Source: Phallusia mammillata (Eukaryota). Taken from it: a stretch of DNA of 64,000 bases. Position numbers and translations under genes: made by a program. The notes below the pieces were generated by a model that searched no databases, was not told the origin of the DNA, and saw nothing but the letters and a program-made list of their open reading frames with translations. Shown piece by piece: positions 11,701-24,450 of this stretch. The stretch lies in NCBI GenBank assembly GCA_965637545.1, contig OZ281495.1:23498001-23562000 (forward strand), in the 5' to 3' direction. Each line of letters opens with the position of its first letter. Within the stretch, counting starts at the first letter, position 1.

Positions 11701-12346
11701 GGCCCGTTTGTACTACATTTTTGCAGACACGTCGTGCATTTTGAATTGGATGTATCAAACACTGAAATACGATGGCAGTACAAAATCACTGCAAAAAATT
11801 TCCACTAAAAACTCAGCATTGCATCATTCTGTATGTTTGGACAATCTTGTTTACTACTTCTGGATAGGTATAATTGAATAAAATCTTTGAGTTGTTGATT
11901 TAAACTTTACGTTTGTTTGACATTTCTGCGAAGCATTCTAATCTGTTTCCGCTTTTTTCAAAGATCAATCCCGAAAGCAGTCTGTTCAACTTTCTTCTTA
12001 CAATCCAGAGTCCAAAGAAAAAATAGATTTTTTTTCATTTAAGGATGTTACAACTGTAATGAACATGTGCTTGTTGGACAGAAAGATCGTTACAATACTT
12101 CGACGGTAATGTATCTATAATCTCTATCTATAAACATCTAGGTCTTGTAATGATAATTTTGCTTTTCCTGTCGACAGGTTTTGGACAATCTTAATTTTTT
12201 TCCTGTTACGTTAGATTTCCAGTAAAATTTTCATTTATTTTAGTCTAAACGGAACACACTTTCTCGCATTGTTGGACGTAGGCAACAAGGAGTGGCAACT
12301 TCTGCGGGAAATTAACAACACTAACGATTTCCATAGCATTCTGTAA
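8760..12346 (+). CDS. BTB-BACK-Kelch-like gene, copy 3 (apparently intact, 11 exons, ~545 aa)
   Basis: ATG at 8760. All traced introns are GT-AG with compatible phases through to TAA at 12346. The BTB, BACK (EAEAYGLIMDWVEYDIEKR) and Kelch-like (KLDNYIYIFG...GWQ; FNVTSRRW; LDVGNKEWQ) segments are colinear with copy 2. Confidence 0.85.
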
Positions 12347-12799
12347 CACTTTTATAAAAGAAATACAAATTTTAACAATTGCACTCAGCGCAAAGAGTTA
12401 GTTTATCCTAAATGGCAAACCTATGATTTTCGTTTTAATTACAGCTTTTTTAATTTTATATGTCAGCATTCTGTATTATATCATGTAATAGACATTGGTT
12501 TGGTTTAACACCAAGGAATTTCTACCACTGAATAAATCACACCACCTGATAACCTTTTGGTGCCACAGTTGTTTGTAAAGAAATACTAAAATCAGTTCTT
12601 ATTTATTTACAACGAGACACGTATGTTTGTGTGTTATGAAACATTGTTGTACATACTACCTTTTCAAAGAAATGTTTAGATGTTCAGTATATTAGATTAA
12701 AAACACGATATTTAGAGGCTTTTAATTGAGTAAAATGATAAATTTTGTTGTAAAAGTATAAATCGAGTGTATACTTTTTCTTACTCGTGAACTGTTGTT

Positions 12800-13380
12800 A
12801 AAACTTAAATATAAGTCAGTAATTCTAACACAGAGTTTTGTTGCGTTTATTCTGGCGCTGCGGAAACTGCAACTATAAAGGGGCATTCCACAGTCAACAT
12901 CAAAGGGCACGATCAGCACAGGTACAAACGAAACGGAACGCGGTGGTAAATAAAACGGGACGCTATTGGTCGCAAACATTCTGCTTATAAAAGGACTCTG
13001 GGCTAAGCAATCTGTCGTGGACAAATCGGGCGCTGTCGTTTCTGTCCGTCATTATTTACACAAACGCAACACAGGGGCAAGACAAAGACAAATAGCTTTC
13101 ACTGATTGGCCGAAGCAAAAACACGTGACAAAAGACGGCAACAACAATGCACATCTAGACATAGCAAGCACGTTATCATCACACTTGCGAACATAACACA
13201 AAACACACACAGAAAAGAATTTTCTTTGTTATTGTTGTTGTAGTTCCAGGAGAAATAGGTTTACGCGCATAAAAAGTCACTAAACCTAAAACACAACTCA
13301 TGCACCTGCCCTTGTAACAAGACATTAAGATTTAACTTAAAAAATGTTGATGTTTAAATATCATAAGTAAAAGGTAAGTT
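12800..13380. repeat. Duplicated non-coding block, copy B
   Basis: Near-identical to 7478-7965. It ends with AAAAG|GTAAGTT at ~13373; copy A has GTA|GTAAGTT at the equivalent position (~7961). Confidence 0.9.
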
Positions 13381-14308
13381 GCATTTGCTGCCCTACTCTT
13401 TCAACAATGGAAGTTATAAATTATTAAGAAATTGCCCGATTCTGTTGGGCGACCGCCGCAAAATGATGTTGACGGAAAAAAGCACTCTGTATAGATTGAC
13501 GGTCACGGACACACTTGACACCTATGTGAAAAACATGCAGCACCTGGAATGTTTTATGTCGTATTTGCAAGAGCTTAAAAACATCGCGAACGTCGCGTTA
13601 ATTTTCATGTCTTACTGCCTGAGCGAAGTTGGCACTGTAGTGAGTTGAAAGTGGCTAATTGGTCGCTTGCTATTACCTGAAGCGTTATGACGCGAAAAAT
13701 AACAGTTTGCAAGGAGGGAATGTAGATCGATCTTTTTCAAAGGCATTTTGTTGAAAAAAACAGCGAAAATTGTTACGTAGCCTGCTCTGGATAGACAGCA
13801 GGCCTGACAATGGTAAAGCAATAAAACAACGCGTTATAAAAACAGGCGACAAATTTGAAGAAAGAGGCTGGCCACGTTTTGGAGCAAAAAAAAAACTAAA
13901 CAAAAGCATTAAAAAGGGTTGTCTTTTGTCGAACTTTGTGGTTCATTTTTCTATTGCCAGCTGGTAGATAAATGCAGGTAAACCAGTAGTTGTTCAGCAA
14001 CAAGCAGCCCGACCGAAGCGAAGTACAAAGCACCAGACTTGCAACCAGCGGGCATTGGCGATGGCGATAAAGCAAAAAGCAATTCTCCCAAACGAGCTGT
14101 AAACAGTATAGTGAAGTTGCCGGGCGTGTGGAGAGGAATGACAAGGTAAACTGATTCGGTCACGCGCACCGGTCTATTTTGTCGACCTACTTGAGCGTTG
14201 ATTTTGCAAGACACACTTGACTTTGGGGGGAGACCGCTCGGTGGCAAAAAATGCAGGCAAAATGCCGCGTGAACTTTTTGTTCTGAAACCGCGTCCATAA
14301 ATGGAGTC

Positions 14309-17300
14309 TTAGTTGTAAAACGATGTCGGGGGTAGCGGCTGATTAGAGGACGTGGATTGGTTGATTTGCAGCGCAGGAACATGGGGGTAGCTGGCCAAAT
14401 CGGGGTGCCACGGGTACTGACCCCCAATAGGAGGTGGGTGAGACCCATACGACGGCGAGCGCCCCGGCGGCGACGGAATAAAGTGCTTCTGGTGAGCTGG
14501 GTAAGCCCCCGGGTGGGTGATGGGAGGGTAAGGATGACCCCCTGATTGCGGGAAGTGCATGTCGTGAGCTCGGTAGATGTTGTGCTTAAAGTCCGGGTAG
14601 GCGTAAGTGTGTTGTTCGGGCTGTGGGTTGAGCGAAGCAGCTAGTCCTTGAAAGTCGAACTTGTAGGCGTAACGTTTTCCATGCACTTTAGTCATAATGT
14701 TTTTGTCGTAATAATACCTACACAATAGAAAACCGGCGTCAAAAAATCATTTAGTAAATAGATGTATCGCGTTTGAATTAAAATATTCAGAAACACAAAT
14801 AGCGTACGTGTGTTATGTTAATATGCTTATGCCTTAAGCATAAACCCACCTGAGAGCACGGCTCAATTTATCGTAGTTCATGTTTGGCTTGCTCTTGCGC
14901 TCCCCCCAGCGGCGCGCGACATCATCTGGATCAACCATTTTAAACTCGCCGTTTGTGCCTTCCCACGTGATTGACATAGAGTTGCTCGGGTCGCTGAGCA
15001 GTTCCAGAAGAAACTGCCAGAGCTGGATTTGCCCACTGCCCGGGTTGCACAGGCGGGCGCTGGTTGGACCGAACAACTTGTAGGGATCGATGTTGGTAGC
15101 ACTGTTTGGAGTCGGGTTTCGTTGGGAACCTGCAACGAACGCATGGTGTCAAACAAGAAACCAAGTTTCAAACAAACCAAGCAAGGGTTTTGATACTATT
15201 TGATACTACGGCTCAGTGCCAGACAGCGACTATGCATACAGGGAACAAGCGCGGCTCGAGAAACAGGAGAAAATACGTGTTGCAGTTTTTAGTGAAATTT
15301 GATCGCTACTTGTGATATTGGACACAGGAACCACAACAAGTAAAACAGTGGTATCGCTTGCGATGACCATTGTTCGATATCTGCTATTTTGACAAGTACA
15401 ACAAAGACAGCCCTGTTCCAAAGCGATATTGCACAATCACTTTACCACAGACTATGATATTGACTGTGTTATGCTTTTTTATTTTCATATTTCAACATAA
15501 ATTTCCAAATGCTTCTTTACCTTTTCCGTCTTGGTTGTTGTTGAAATTTGGCTGAAACCTTCCAGTATTTCGTCCAGGGGCGTTTGGGACCTCAGGAAAT
15601 CCCGGTTCCCCCGGAAATCCAGGTCGTTGGCAATTCGGCACCCCTGGGTATCTGTAACCACTTCCTCCACCCTGGATAATGTTTTCGACATCATCAGAGC
15701 TTAGATTTGGCAAAGGTCCTGTTTGTCCCGGGTGGCTTGTGTGACCTAGAAACAAGTTTACTTAACAAAGGTCCAGAACTCTTTTCATAACAAACAAAGA
15801 AATAAAAAATCGACCTTGAACTTTAGACATCAAATGGGTAAAGTTAAAGCAGCGATTTGGAAAATTGAACATTTAATCACAATGCTAACGCTATTACAAC
15901 AGTCAACATTTCTCTTGAAACAACATTAACTGTTTGTTTTTTTCTGAAATACAAACACTAATTGCTGTGTTGTTTTTGTCTCCAATGCAAGCAAACTTAC
16001 GTCTAAGATAGTTGAGGTGGCTCATAAACACGTCAGCATTTTTCGCGTTGGTAATGCGATGAAAATCTTCTTTGGTGAGACTGCACAGCGCCTTGCCGTC
16101 GTACTCAGAAAACGCTGACGTGTCAACTCCAGCTAGGTTGTACTCAGTAATTGTCCATTCAACCCATTCTTGTACATGACCGAAGGTCCAAGCGGAAGGA
16201 TCTATAAAAAGACGAAATGATCTGTTTATCTTGTCAAACGACGTTTGATCGGCCTTTTAGACATAAAAAGTCATGATAAATGTTCACAATTCCAATTACT
16301 TTTACTCTTTGCCAGAATTTAAAACGGGGAGCTATTCCACATCAAATTTAGTATGCTGTACAATTTTATGGTGGGATTGTTTTTTTTTGGTTTGTTTTAA
16401 ACCTACCAGCTGGAACAATCACGCGCTTGGTTGGTTCACCGTCAGCAGCAGGAGTGTTAGCGTTGTCAGTCGGAGTCGGTACTGAAGATCTCTGCTGCTC
16501 GCCTTCAGCGGAAGAAGTAGGACGCCTCCTTGTGCTGTTGTACACTGGGTCGTAATCGTACCCTTGATCGACAGGTGGGTAGCAATGCGGATCAAGTATG
16601 CCTGAAGGCGAGTGAAGAGAACCTTGTTGGGACAAGTGACCGGGTAAAGGAGGACTGGGACCGTGGTGGTACGATGCCGGAGACGACTGGTTGTTAAAGT
16701 TCTGGTGATTTTGCTGGTGATAAGTGTTGGACGGCGGCTTGAAAGCAGAGCCAGTTGAACTGTAATCGAAACCTGTGGGGGTAAACGAGCTGGACGTGGT
16801 GACATCACTGCTTATGGTGCTCTGCGATTTTGGAGTGGGGGGCGATGGAAGACTTCCAGTCTGAATCTGAGTTGGAGACGAGCCCATATCTGGCATTGAG
16901 CTGCGGCTCGAACTTGAGTAAGGACCTTCGCTTGGCGGACGATAGCTGGACAGGGACGACTGGCCTTCTAGGCTAAACTGCTTGGACATTGGCGGGTGGC
17001 GCACGCGCGCGTTGCGACTGTTGGACAAGTTGTCGTTGCTGCTGATGTGAGGTGCGGGCGTGCTATTTGTGAGAAACGAAGAAAAGCTGGTCGAGTCGGT
17101 GATGTCAGCGGCTGAAGAAACAAAAGGAACATCCGTGTCTCCTTTGAGATCGAAACTATCCCTGCCGTTCAAGTCGTCAACGCCGTTCGACCTCTGTGAA
17201 CTCGAGCCGAGGTAGGGATCAGGATTGTTGCGAAAGAGTGGGTTCGGGCTGCCACCTCGCTTTATGTTATACATGCTGAAGCTCAGGTCTGTTGCCTGGT

Positions 17301-17443
17301 CGTCCCCGGTCAGCGCGAACGATCCATTTACAGTGTCTTCTAGGGTGGAAGCCTCCTGCTTCACGTCCCCGTGCACAGTGGTTGTGAGATCGGACGCCGT
17401 TCTTCTGGATTTCACCGAAAAATCTTCAGGAACCGTATTGACA
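14309..17443 (-). CDS. Erg/Fli1: Erg/Fli1-class ETS transcription factor (PNT + ETS domains)
   Basis: Exons on - strand: 17443-16407, 16201-16001, 15745-15521, 15129-14850, 14717-14309; phases are consistent. RVIVPA|[21 protein letters not shown]...HLNYLR is an ERG/FLI-type PNT domain. [18 protein letters not shown]...[41 protein letters not shown]|[22 protein letters not shown] is an ERG/FLI ETS domain. The start codon is not resolved; a possible extra 84-nt in-phase exon lies at 18032-17949. Confidence 0.95.
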
Positions 17444-19012
17444 CTAAAAAAGAAATATTGCACTTTACTTTTAGAAACTGTCGACAGTGTTAAAAGTTTG
17501 ACCTAAAGTACAAAGAGGGCTTAATGTTTTAATGTTCCAACAATCAACTAAGTTATGCCTAAACACAATACTATTAAATCATAAATCGACGGCGTTTCCG
17601 AAAGATCATGCTGGGTAAAATTTCCGTCAAATAGTGTAGCACCCAGCGTTGTTGTTGACAGAGATAAAGTGGAGATTCCACTGCTGGTAAAAACTACCAA
17701 GTAGAAATGCTTCCCTTGTGCTTCTTTGAAACTTGGTGGAAACAACCCAGCGTAAAATTGAATGCTAATAAATTGGTGCAACGCATTTCTAGCTCTAAAC
17801 TGGTACATAATAATTTCCTAATCAAAACTTTAACAGAAAAAAACTGCAGTTTGAACTCAATAACCTTACTCATATTTTTTTTTGAGATGATAGAAAATGT
17901 TATGTAGGTTTTGGTCGAGAAAAATGGCCCATGACCGTGTAACCTTACTAGGTCGACTTGGCACAGCATTGCACCATACGAATCACGAGGTTACGACCAT
18001 CAGGCACATGTGAGCTGTCGTTTCGACAAGCACTGAAATAGGGTCCTTGTTTTAAATGGGTTGCTGGCGGGGCACTCATGACAAGTCAGCGGCTGACACG
18101 TGCTAACCCCCTGTCCAGTAAACCTTGTCCAATATTATTGTGTCGCAAGTCGCCACGTGCATGCTATTTTGCGGATGAAAGCAATTTTTATTATGTACAA
18201 ATCGGGTTGAAACACAAAGCTTTAATAACTATAGAATATATATTGCTTCTGTATACCACTAACACAGTTTGGAGCAAATATCGCTGATAAGTCTTATATA
18301 AATCAGAGTTGAAAAATGAAAAAAGGACATGGATATCTTGAAAACGGATTCAACAAAACAGGCAAAGGCAAGTGGACGGCATAACTTGTCTTTCCTGCAA
18401 GAAAAATTGTTTCCGCTAATTAACGAGTCGGAAATGTGCAGTGAAATGTCACTGAATGTAACAGATTGTACACAGAAACCTTACAAGGAGAAATGATAAA
18501 GATCGATCGTAAAACCTCACATCAAGTCTTGTTCACTCTGGCACAAGCACTGCATTGTGACAAATCGGTTGCCAATTTAGTAATGTATTCTTACCTCAAC
18601 ATATTTGGGCCCAAATTGACCCGATTGCTCTCCAGAGGCCCCTTACAAGCCAATCTTTTCCGTGAACCTGAAAAAACAGGTTTTTATCAAAAATGTTGTA
18701 CAATAAATTTAGATTTTACACATGATAATATTGATGCAGAAGAAGCGGATGGAACTTCGAAACCGTTATCTTTGCGAAAATACCGTCGAAACTTGCGCAA
18801 CAAGTTTTCGGTTTTGTGCTATCGGGATTTGGAAATGCCCGTAGTTGGTTCGTTCGTACGACAGGCAAGCGTCGACCGGCACTGGGCCTACGGCATAACG
18901 CACGTTGTAGCGTCGCACCAGCCTGCCGAAGGTGGCCTGCGGTCGGACTGCTCCGTTGGCAGCAAAGAGGAGAAGAACGAGAGGAGCGGAGAAGATTGTT
19001 ACAGGCCTATAG

Positions 19013-19032
19013 AGGAAATGACGTCACTTCCT
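19013..19032. promoter_or_regulatory. Near-palindromic ETS-CRE-ETS composite site
   Basis: AGGAAATGACGTCACTTCCT: a perfect CRE (TGACGTCA) flanked by inverted GGAA cores, upstream of the Erg coding exons. Function is inferred only. Confidence 0.5.
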
Positions 19033-22000
19033 GTAATCCTGTATTCAGAGTACGGCAGGCTGGTTGCAATACGGCCAGTGCGGGATCGCGCGCGACCGAG
19101 CGGTCTCAGGCAATAAGAGAAGAGTGGGCGGGTGGGAATGTGCTTACCACCAGTGATGCCAGTGCCTTTATCGACAAGCCGTTATACCCCTTTGTTTCGA
19201 AAGCTTATGCGTCGCAACAGCGTCCCAACCGAAATAAAAATTCCTCGCAATGAATCCCAGAACTTTAAAATGATACATGAGATTGGGTTTGGTATGCATC
19301 AAGACAACAAGTTTGCTTTCAGACCATCAAACATCCATCAACTCCATGCAATTTGTGGAAGTTCCTGTGTGTCCGGCATCCGCTCTGCTGGTGTCCTTGG
19401 TTAGGTGAAGATACGATTATTCGTCCTGCATTCGATTAGTCATGCGCAAAACAAAGCGGGGTATGTATAACACTTAACCTTGGTCACCCGGCTTTGTGTC
19501 AAGTTTGTCCGAACATGCGTAAGCGGAACTTCCTGGTGTCGACATTTGTTTTACAGTTAACTTGCCACGATTTGTGAACACTTCGTGTACAGCGCAAGGA
19601 GTCACTTGCCAGCTCCATGTTTGGCCACTATTATTAATTGACCTAACGTTCGCTTTTTTGAAAAAAGATGGTTATAGGTTTTAAAATATATAGGCGCTTT
19701 GATTTATTTTATTTTCGTTTATGCCTGGCGTTTTGAGGTTGTTTCGCGCTATTTGTGGCACACACGGGTCCACAGACTTTGTCATTGTTGGCCTCGGCAC
19801 TTTATAAATTAGAGGAAGTGATCGCTTATTGTTCACAGTGGAGACTGTCAGCAGCGCAAGATCGCACACGCACGGTCGCGAGCCGCACACTCGCGCCGCA
19901 CGACTGCCGTGACTGCTGTATTTCCATATGCATGACGCGCACGAGGCATAAAGCCGTTTTCAACCAATGCAACCGATTTGGCCTACACAAAAACTCACGA
20001 GCTTAATCGCTAAAGATGTGCTTGCCAAGGGACATTATCTTACAACTTACGGTCCTATGGAATGATTTTTTTATATTTTTTGCCACAAGGTGGAGTAATT
20101 CGTGAGGGTTATTTACAATTTATGTAAGCAACCTGGTTATTATACACGCATAGGGAAATGTCAAATGGCGGAAAATCAAACAAAGTAATTACTTGGCCAT
20201 GCATCCTCCTCCTAGGCCAGAATTGCCGCCTTAAGTGCATTGAAATCGGAATTACATCGGAAAAACTTGACTTCCTAAGTCTGCTGTGCATGTCACTACA
20301 AAAGCGCGGGCTTAGTTGAACAGATCAGAGAGTCGCATTTGCTTCGGATTCTCAAAAGGTGTTTTGTTAGTTGACTAAAAATGGTTAACTCTTTGGTTGC
20401 AGTTTAAATTTGTTACGTTAAAATTCTACAGCATGTGTTCTTAGCTAGCCTAAAATACATTTCTATAGGGTTAGTAGGTAGTGGTGGGATTCAGACGGAT
20501 CGCACCGCTTCTGTAGAATCGTCTCACGAAATTTTATGAGATCTGCGAACCGGTTAGCATTACTGGTTACTGTCAATGTACTTTTGTAACAGAACCGGCT
20601 GAAACGTATGACTTTTGTGATAGAACCGGCTGACAAAAAACAAATGAATTCCACCACTCTTAGTAGGGCTTTATCGCGCACAGGCTATATTGAATAAGTG
20701 TTAGTTAGTCCGCTATGCACGCATTATACACAAGAAATGTTTAGGAAATATCGAATTTCGAGTTGTCACATTCCATCGGTTTGTGCAATACATCGGCAAA
20801 TGACAAACGCCAGCTGTACTGGGTATACTTCCAAGTAAAAATGCCGCGGAAATTTATTCAATAGTTTGACATTATCACACCACAAATGTTTTGTTTTTTG
20901 CTATCTGGCTAAAGCACGTTGCATGCACAAATTGCCCCAATTTTTTAACATTTTTGAGTTTGTACCATACTGCGTTATTATTGTAGAGAGTGATGTTTCT
21001 ATTTGTAAAAAAATAGCCTTTCAAAACTTTGCCATAAAACACACATATATGTCTGAAATATTAATTTGTGTTGAAAACGTCTCAAAGAAGTCAGATTAAT
21101 GTCAAACAAAGAATTATATTTCATGAACAGTTTGTTGGATGCTTCAAATAGAAAAAATGCCATATTTATTTTTTGGAGATTTTGCCTGAAGCAAATTAAT
21201 ATTATTTACTTACATTATTTAATTTGGACTCGACATTAAACGGTGTTGCGTTTTTAAATATTTTTTCAAAATTAGATTTAAAAGATATTTTTTTTGCATT
21301 ACAGCAATGCCATAAAAATAGAAAAAAAGTTACTATATCTCTATCAGTTACCTTGTAAACACGTCCTTGCACGGTGCAACCGGGGCTCTGTATTCTGAAC
21401 CGAAACAGCTGGAACTCTATGGACTTTCCTGTCTTCCGTCGTGCGCGGGAAATGACTGTCTCTCAGGAACCTGGCTATTGACTATATTCAGTAACTGATG
21501 CAATTGCTCTTATTTATTTCCTTTGAACCCTAGGCAACGAAGGAAAGCACTGAACACACAACGACCGACCAATGGTTACTATTCAACGAGCTCGTTTGAA
21601 AAAAAGAGAAAAGTTTTAGAAATTCGAAGTCATGCAGTCGGGAGCTAAAGACAAACAAGAATTTGTCTGGCCACGATTAGTAAAATACCGATAGCAGCCA
21701 CTCAACAATATGGAAACTGGGTGTTTTGGCGGCTACACGAGGCCTGTTGCCTGCATTTACTGGTGCGTAATGTGTTGACCTGCGTAATCCGTCCGCCAAA
21801 CACGCTCTGTAGCTTCTAACGCAATGCTAGTTTAATCTACTCAACAGGACCACAAATTTAAACTGTATGTTTCATATTCTAACGTGTAACTGTGAACGAC
21901 ATGTTCAGGTTATAATTATTTGTCGTCAATGCATGTTTACAAGTTTGCCAACTTATGATTTTGTACCGTTTTGATGTACAAAAAATGCATTTTTATGTGA

Positions 22001-23210
22001 TAAAATATGTCATGGATATGAATTTAGGAGACAATTTTGTTCACCAGCTACTAAATTATTTAAAAATTAGGCAGAATTTATGCAACATTTACGCATTTTG
22101 AAATTTGTTTTCAAACAAATATTTTTAATGCATTGTTTTTAACTCCTACAATTTTATAACCGTTGATAAACAAGTACATTACCGTTCTGGATGATATATT
22201 TACATGATGATTATATGTCACGGTGAAATCAACTTCTTTTTAGATATTTAACGGTCTATTTTTGAGCAACGCTCAACAAAAACAAAATGGCGGAAAACGT
22301 TTTCCACAGAGACCTTGGTCAAACTTGCTCACAATTATTGGCTATTTTTTTAAATAATGAAATGTAGAAAATAGATAAATGTAAAATTCAACGAGATTTG
22401 AATCGAGCAGGGGATAATTTTGCGTGTTGTTTTTTGAAAATATCTTAGGTTTAGTTATATAAGTTGTGAAAACGTGGTACTGATAAAAACGGCTTGTAGC
22501 GCTCAGAAACTAATTTTAATTTAGGTAAAACTATATTTTTTTAATTGTGAAAACGTGCAGTGCATTCCATTCTGCAACCATATTATGACTTTTACAAATT
22601 TTTGTTGGATTAATGAAAGTTGGTTTTACAAAAAATAATGTTTCAACCTGCTTTTGTCACTTTTCACTGCTGTCACATCGGTGCACAAGCCTAAATTGTG
22701 TCACAGTTCAATTGCTAATGCCACAGAATGACAATTAGGATGGCGTCAATGAGCTACGCTTTCCTGCCCACGGAACAATCTTAGGGCGGTTTCCTATAGG
22801 TGATTAAGATACTGGCAAATCTCGACCACCGATTTTAAAATACTCGAAACAAACAGTTTACGTCTATCTACAGTTTCACTTTCACAAACTCAACCTATGC
22901 CGGAATTCCGAGGCGAGCTATATACATTTCCCTCCACCAAAGGCAAAACGTTATCGCCCGGCAAGGATATTTGATGCGTAAGATCTTTTTCCTGCGTTTC
23001 CTGCTTATGTGATTGCATTTTCCGCTATGGCTTCCACGACTTGTAAGTGCGACGTCGCCCATGCAGGCCCCGCAGTCAACAAGGGCGTCAGGCCTTTCTC
23101 ACACACGCAGCCTCGTCAACAGGCCACCGACTGGCGCGTTTACGCCACGCACATGCATCGCGCGCACCAAGCAAGCGCTCAGAGTTGCATGTAGCAGGTG
23201 AATGTGCGGT

Positions 23211-23238
23211 GTCACGTGACTTCAGCACGCGCATGCGC
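23211..23238. promoter_or_regulatory. Adjacent GTCACGTGAC (USF/TFE-type E-box) and GCGCATGCGC (NRF1-type) palindromes in a CpG-rich patch
   Basis: Both 10-bp perfect palindromes are visible at 23211-23220 and 23229-23238, within a CpG-rich segment at ~23000-23500. Confidence 0.45.
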
Positions 23239-24450
23239 ACTAGGCCTGCGCCATAAACGGCACAGTAACGGCCTGTGCCAGCACGATTTGCTACAACAGA
23301 GGCAAGTGTGTGTGCGCAAAAAACGACTTTAAAGCAGAAAAAGTGGCGGGTTTCGCGCGGTTCATGTCGTGAACAGCTTCGCAAATTCCCCCTATTCTTC
23401 AATGTGCCTACTGCCTAGCAGCGACGCGGGAATATTTAGCGCAATTTATCAAAAATGGTTAGCTGCTGCTCGCGTCAATGGCCTTAGCAGAGAGCATCCT
23501 GCACTACGCCCTTACAGCATTTTACTCCTACAAACAGCATTATGTTTGCAATGAATGGTGGGTTCTGTCAACAACACGTATGATGTAATCTAATCAAGTA
23601 TAACAGCTAAGCAATCCTGACCATTACCATACAACGTCCCATGGCGGTTTTTGTCGGTGGAAGGAACTTTAGGATTTGCGTACTAAAGGAGTAAGTGGAG
23701 AAGTCCCACGCGAAATTCGGATATGCAGAAACTCCATGACTTCCGTCTTTGAATCAACAAAGCAACTCTGGCCTTCCAGGGACAATGCGGCCGTGTGAAC
23801 TGGCTTATCACCATAGAGCATTAGAAAAAGCGCTATGTACATGACCAGGGAGTTTTTCGGTACCGGCCATGAGCTGATTCAGCGCGGTAGCATGTACTAC
23901 AATGCATCTTGCAAAGGTTCCTGCACACTGTATTCTATTTTTTATCTTTGTATGTGGCTCATGTCTGGACAGTGCAATGAATGTAACCTCATTTTGCTTG
24001 ATGAACCTGTCAGTCCTGTCACGTTTGTTTGCTATTGTTTGATAAAGGAAATAATGCATATGACAAGTTTGTTTATGTCTCAGCAAAAACATTTTATACA
24101 GTTACTTGTAAAAGAATTTTCACTTAATACTCAGTGAAAATAAATTAATAAGACATTACATTAATGAAAAACTACACTTATAACTGTAACTAATGTAGAA
24201 ACGTTGTGTTTTCTGTCGACTCACTGCTGTCAACTAACGGTATTTATTTCACGTAGGCGAATGCTAAAACACCCAACCGAAACTAATAAGGCAACTGTTA
24301 CTGCATTACCTACAAAGCTTGAAGTGTCATTTAAGTAAACACTGCAAACTATATTAGTAACAACCACAAAAATAACTTAAATCAAGTAAAAGCGATAGGT
24401 AAAAAGTCCAAAATTGAAGTAAAGAAACAATGAAAAGGCAATATGAATGA

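Noticed and set aside
13951-14545. Alternative-frame and antisense ORFs overlapping the last Erg exon
   Set aside because: Shadow ORFs of a GC-rich, Pro-rich coding exon.
18466-19116. 216-aa + strand ORF antisense to the Erg upstream/intronic region
   Set aside because: No recognisable domain, no supporting splice structure, and it runs through the motif-rich regulatory DNA. Treated as a chance ORF unless ribosome profiling shows otherwise.
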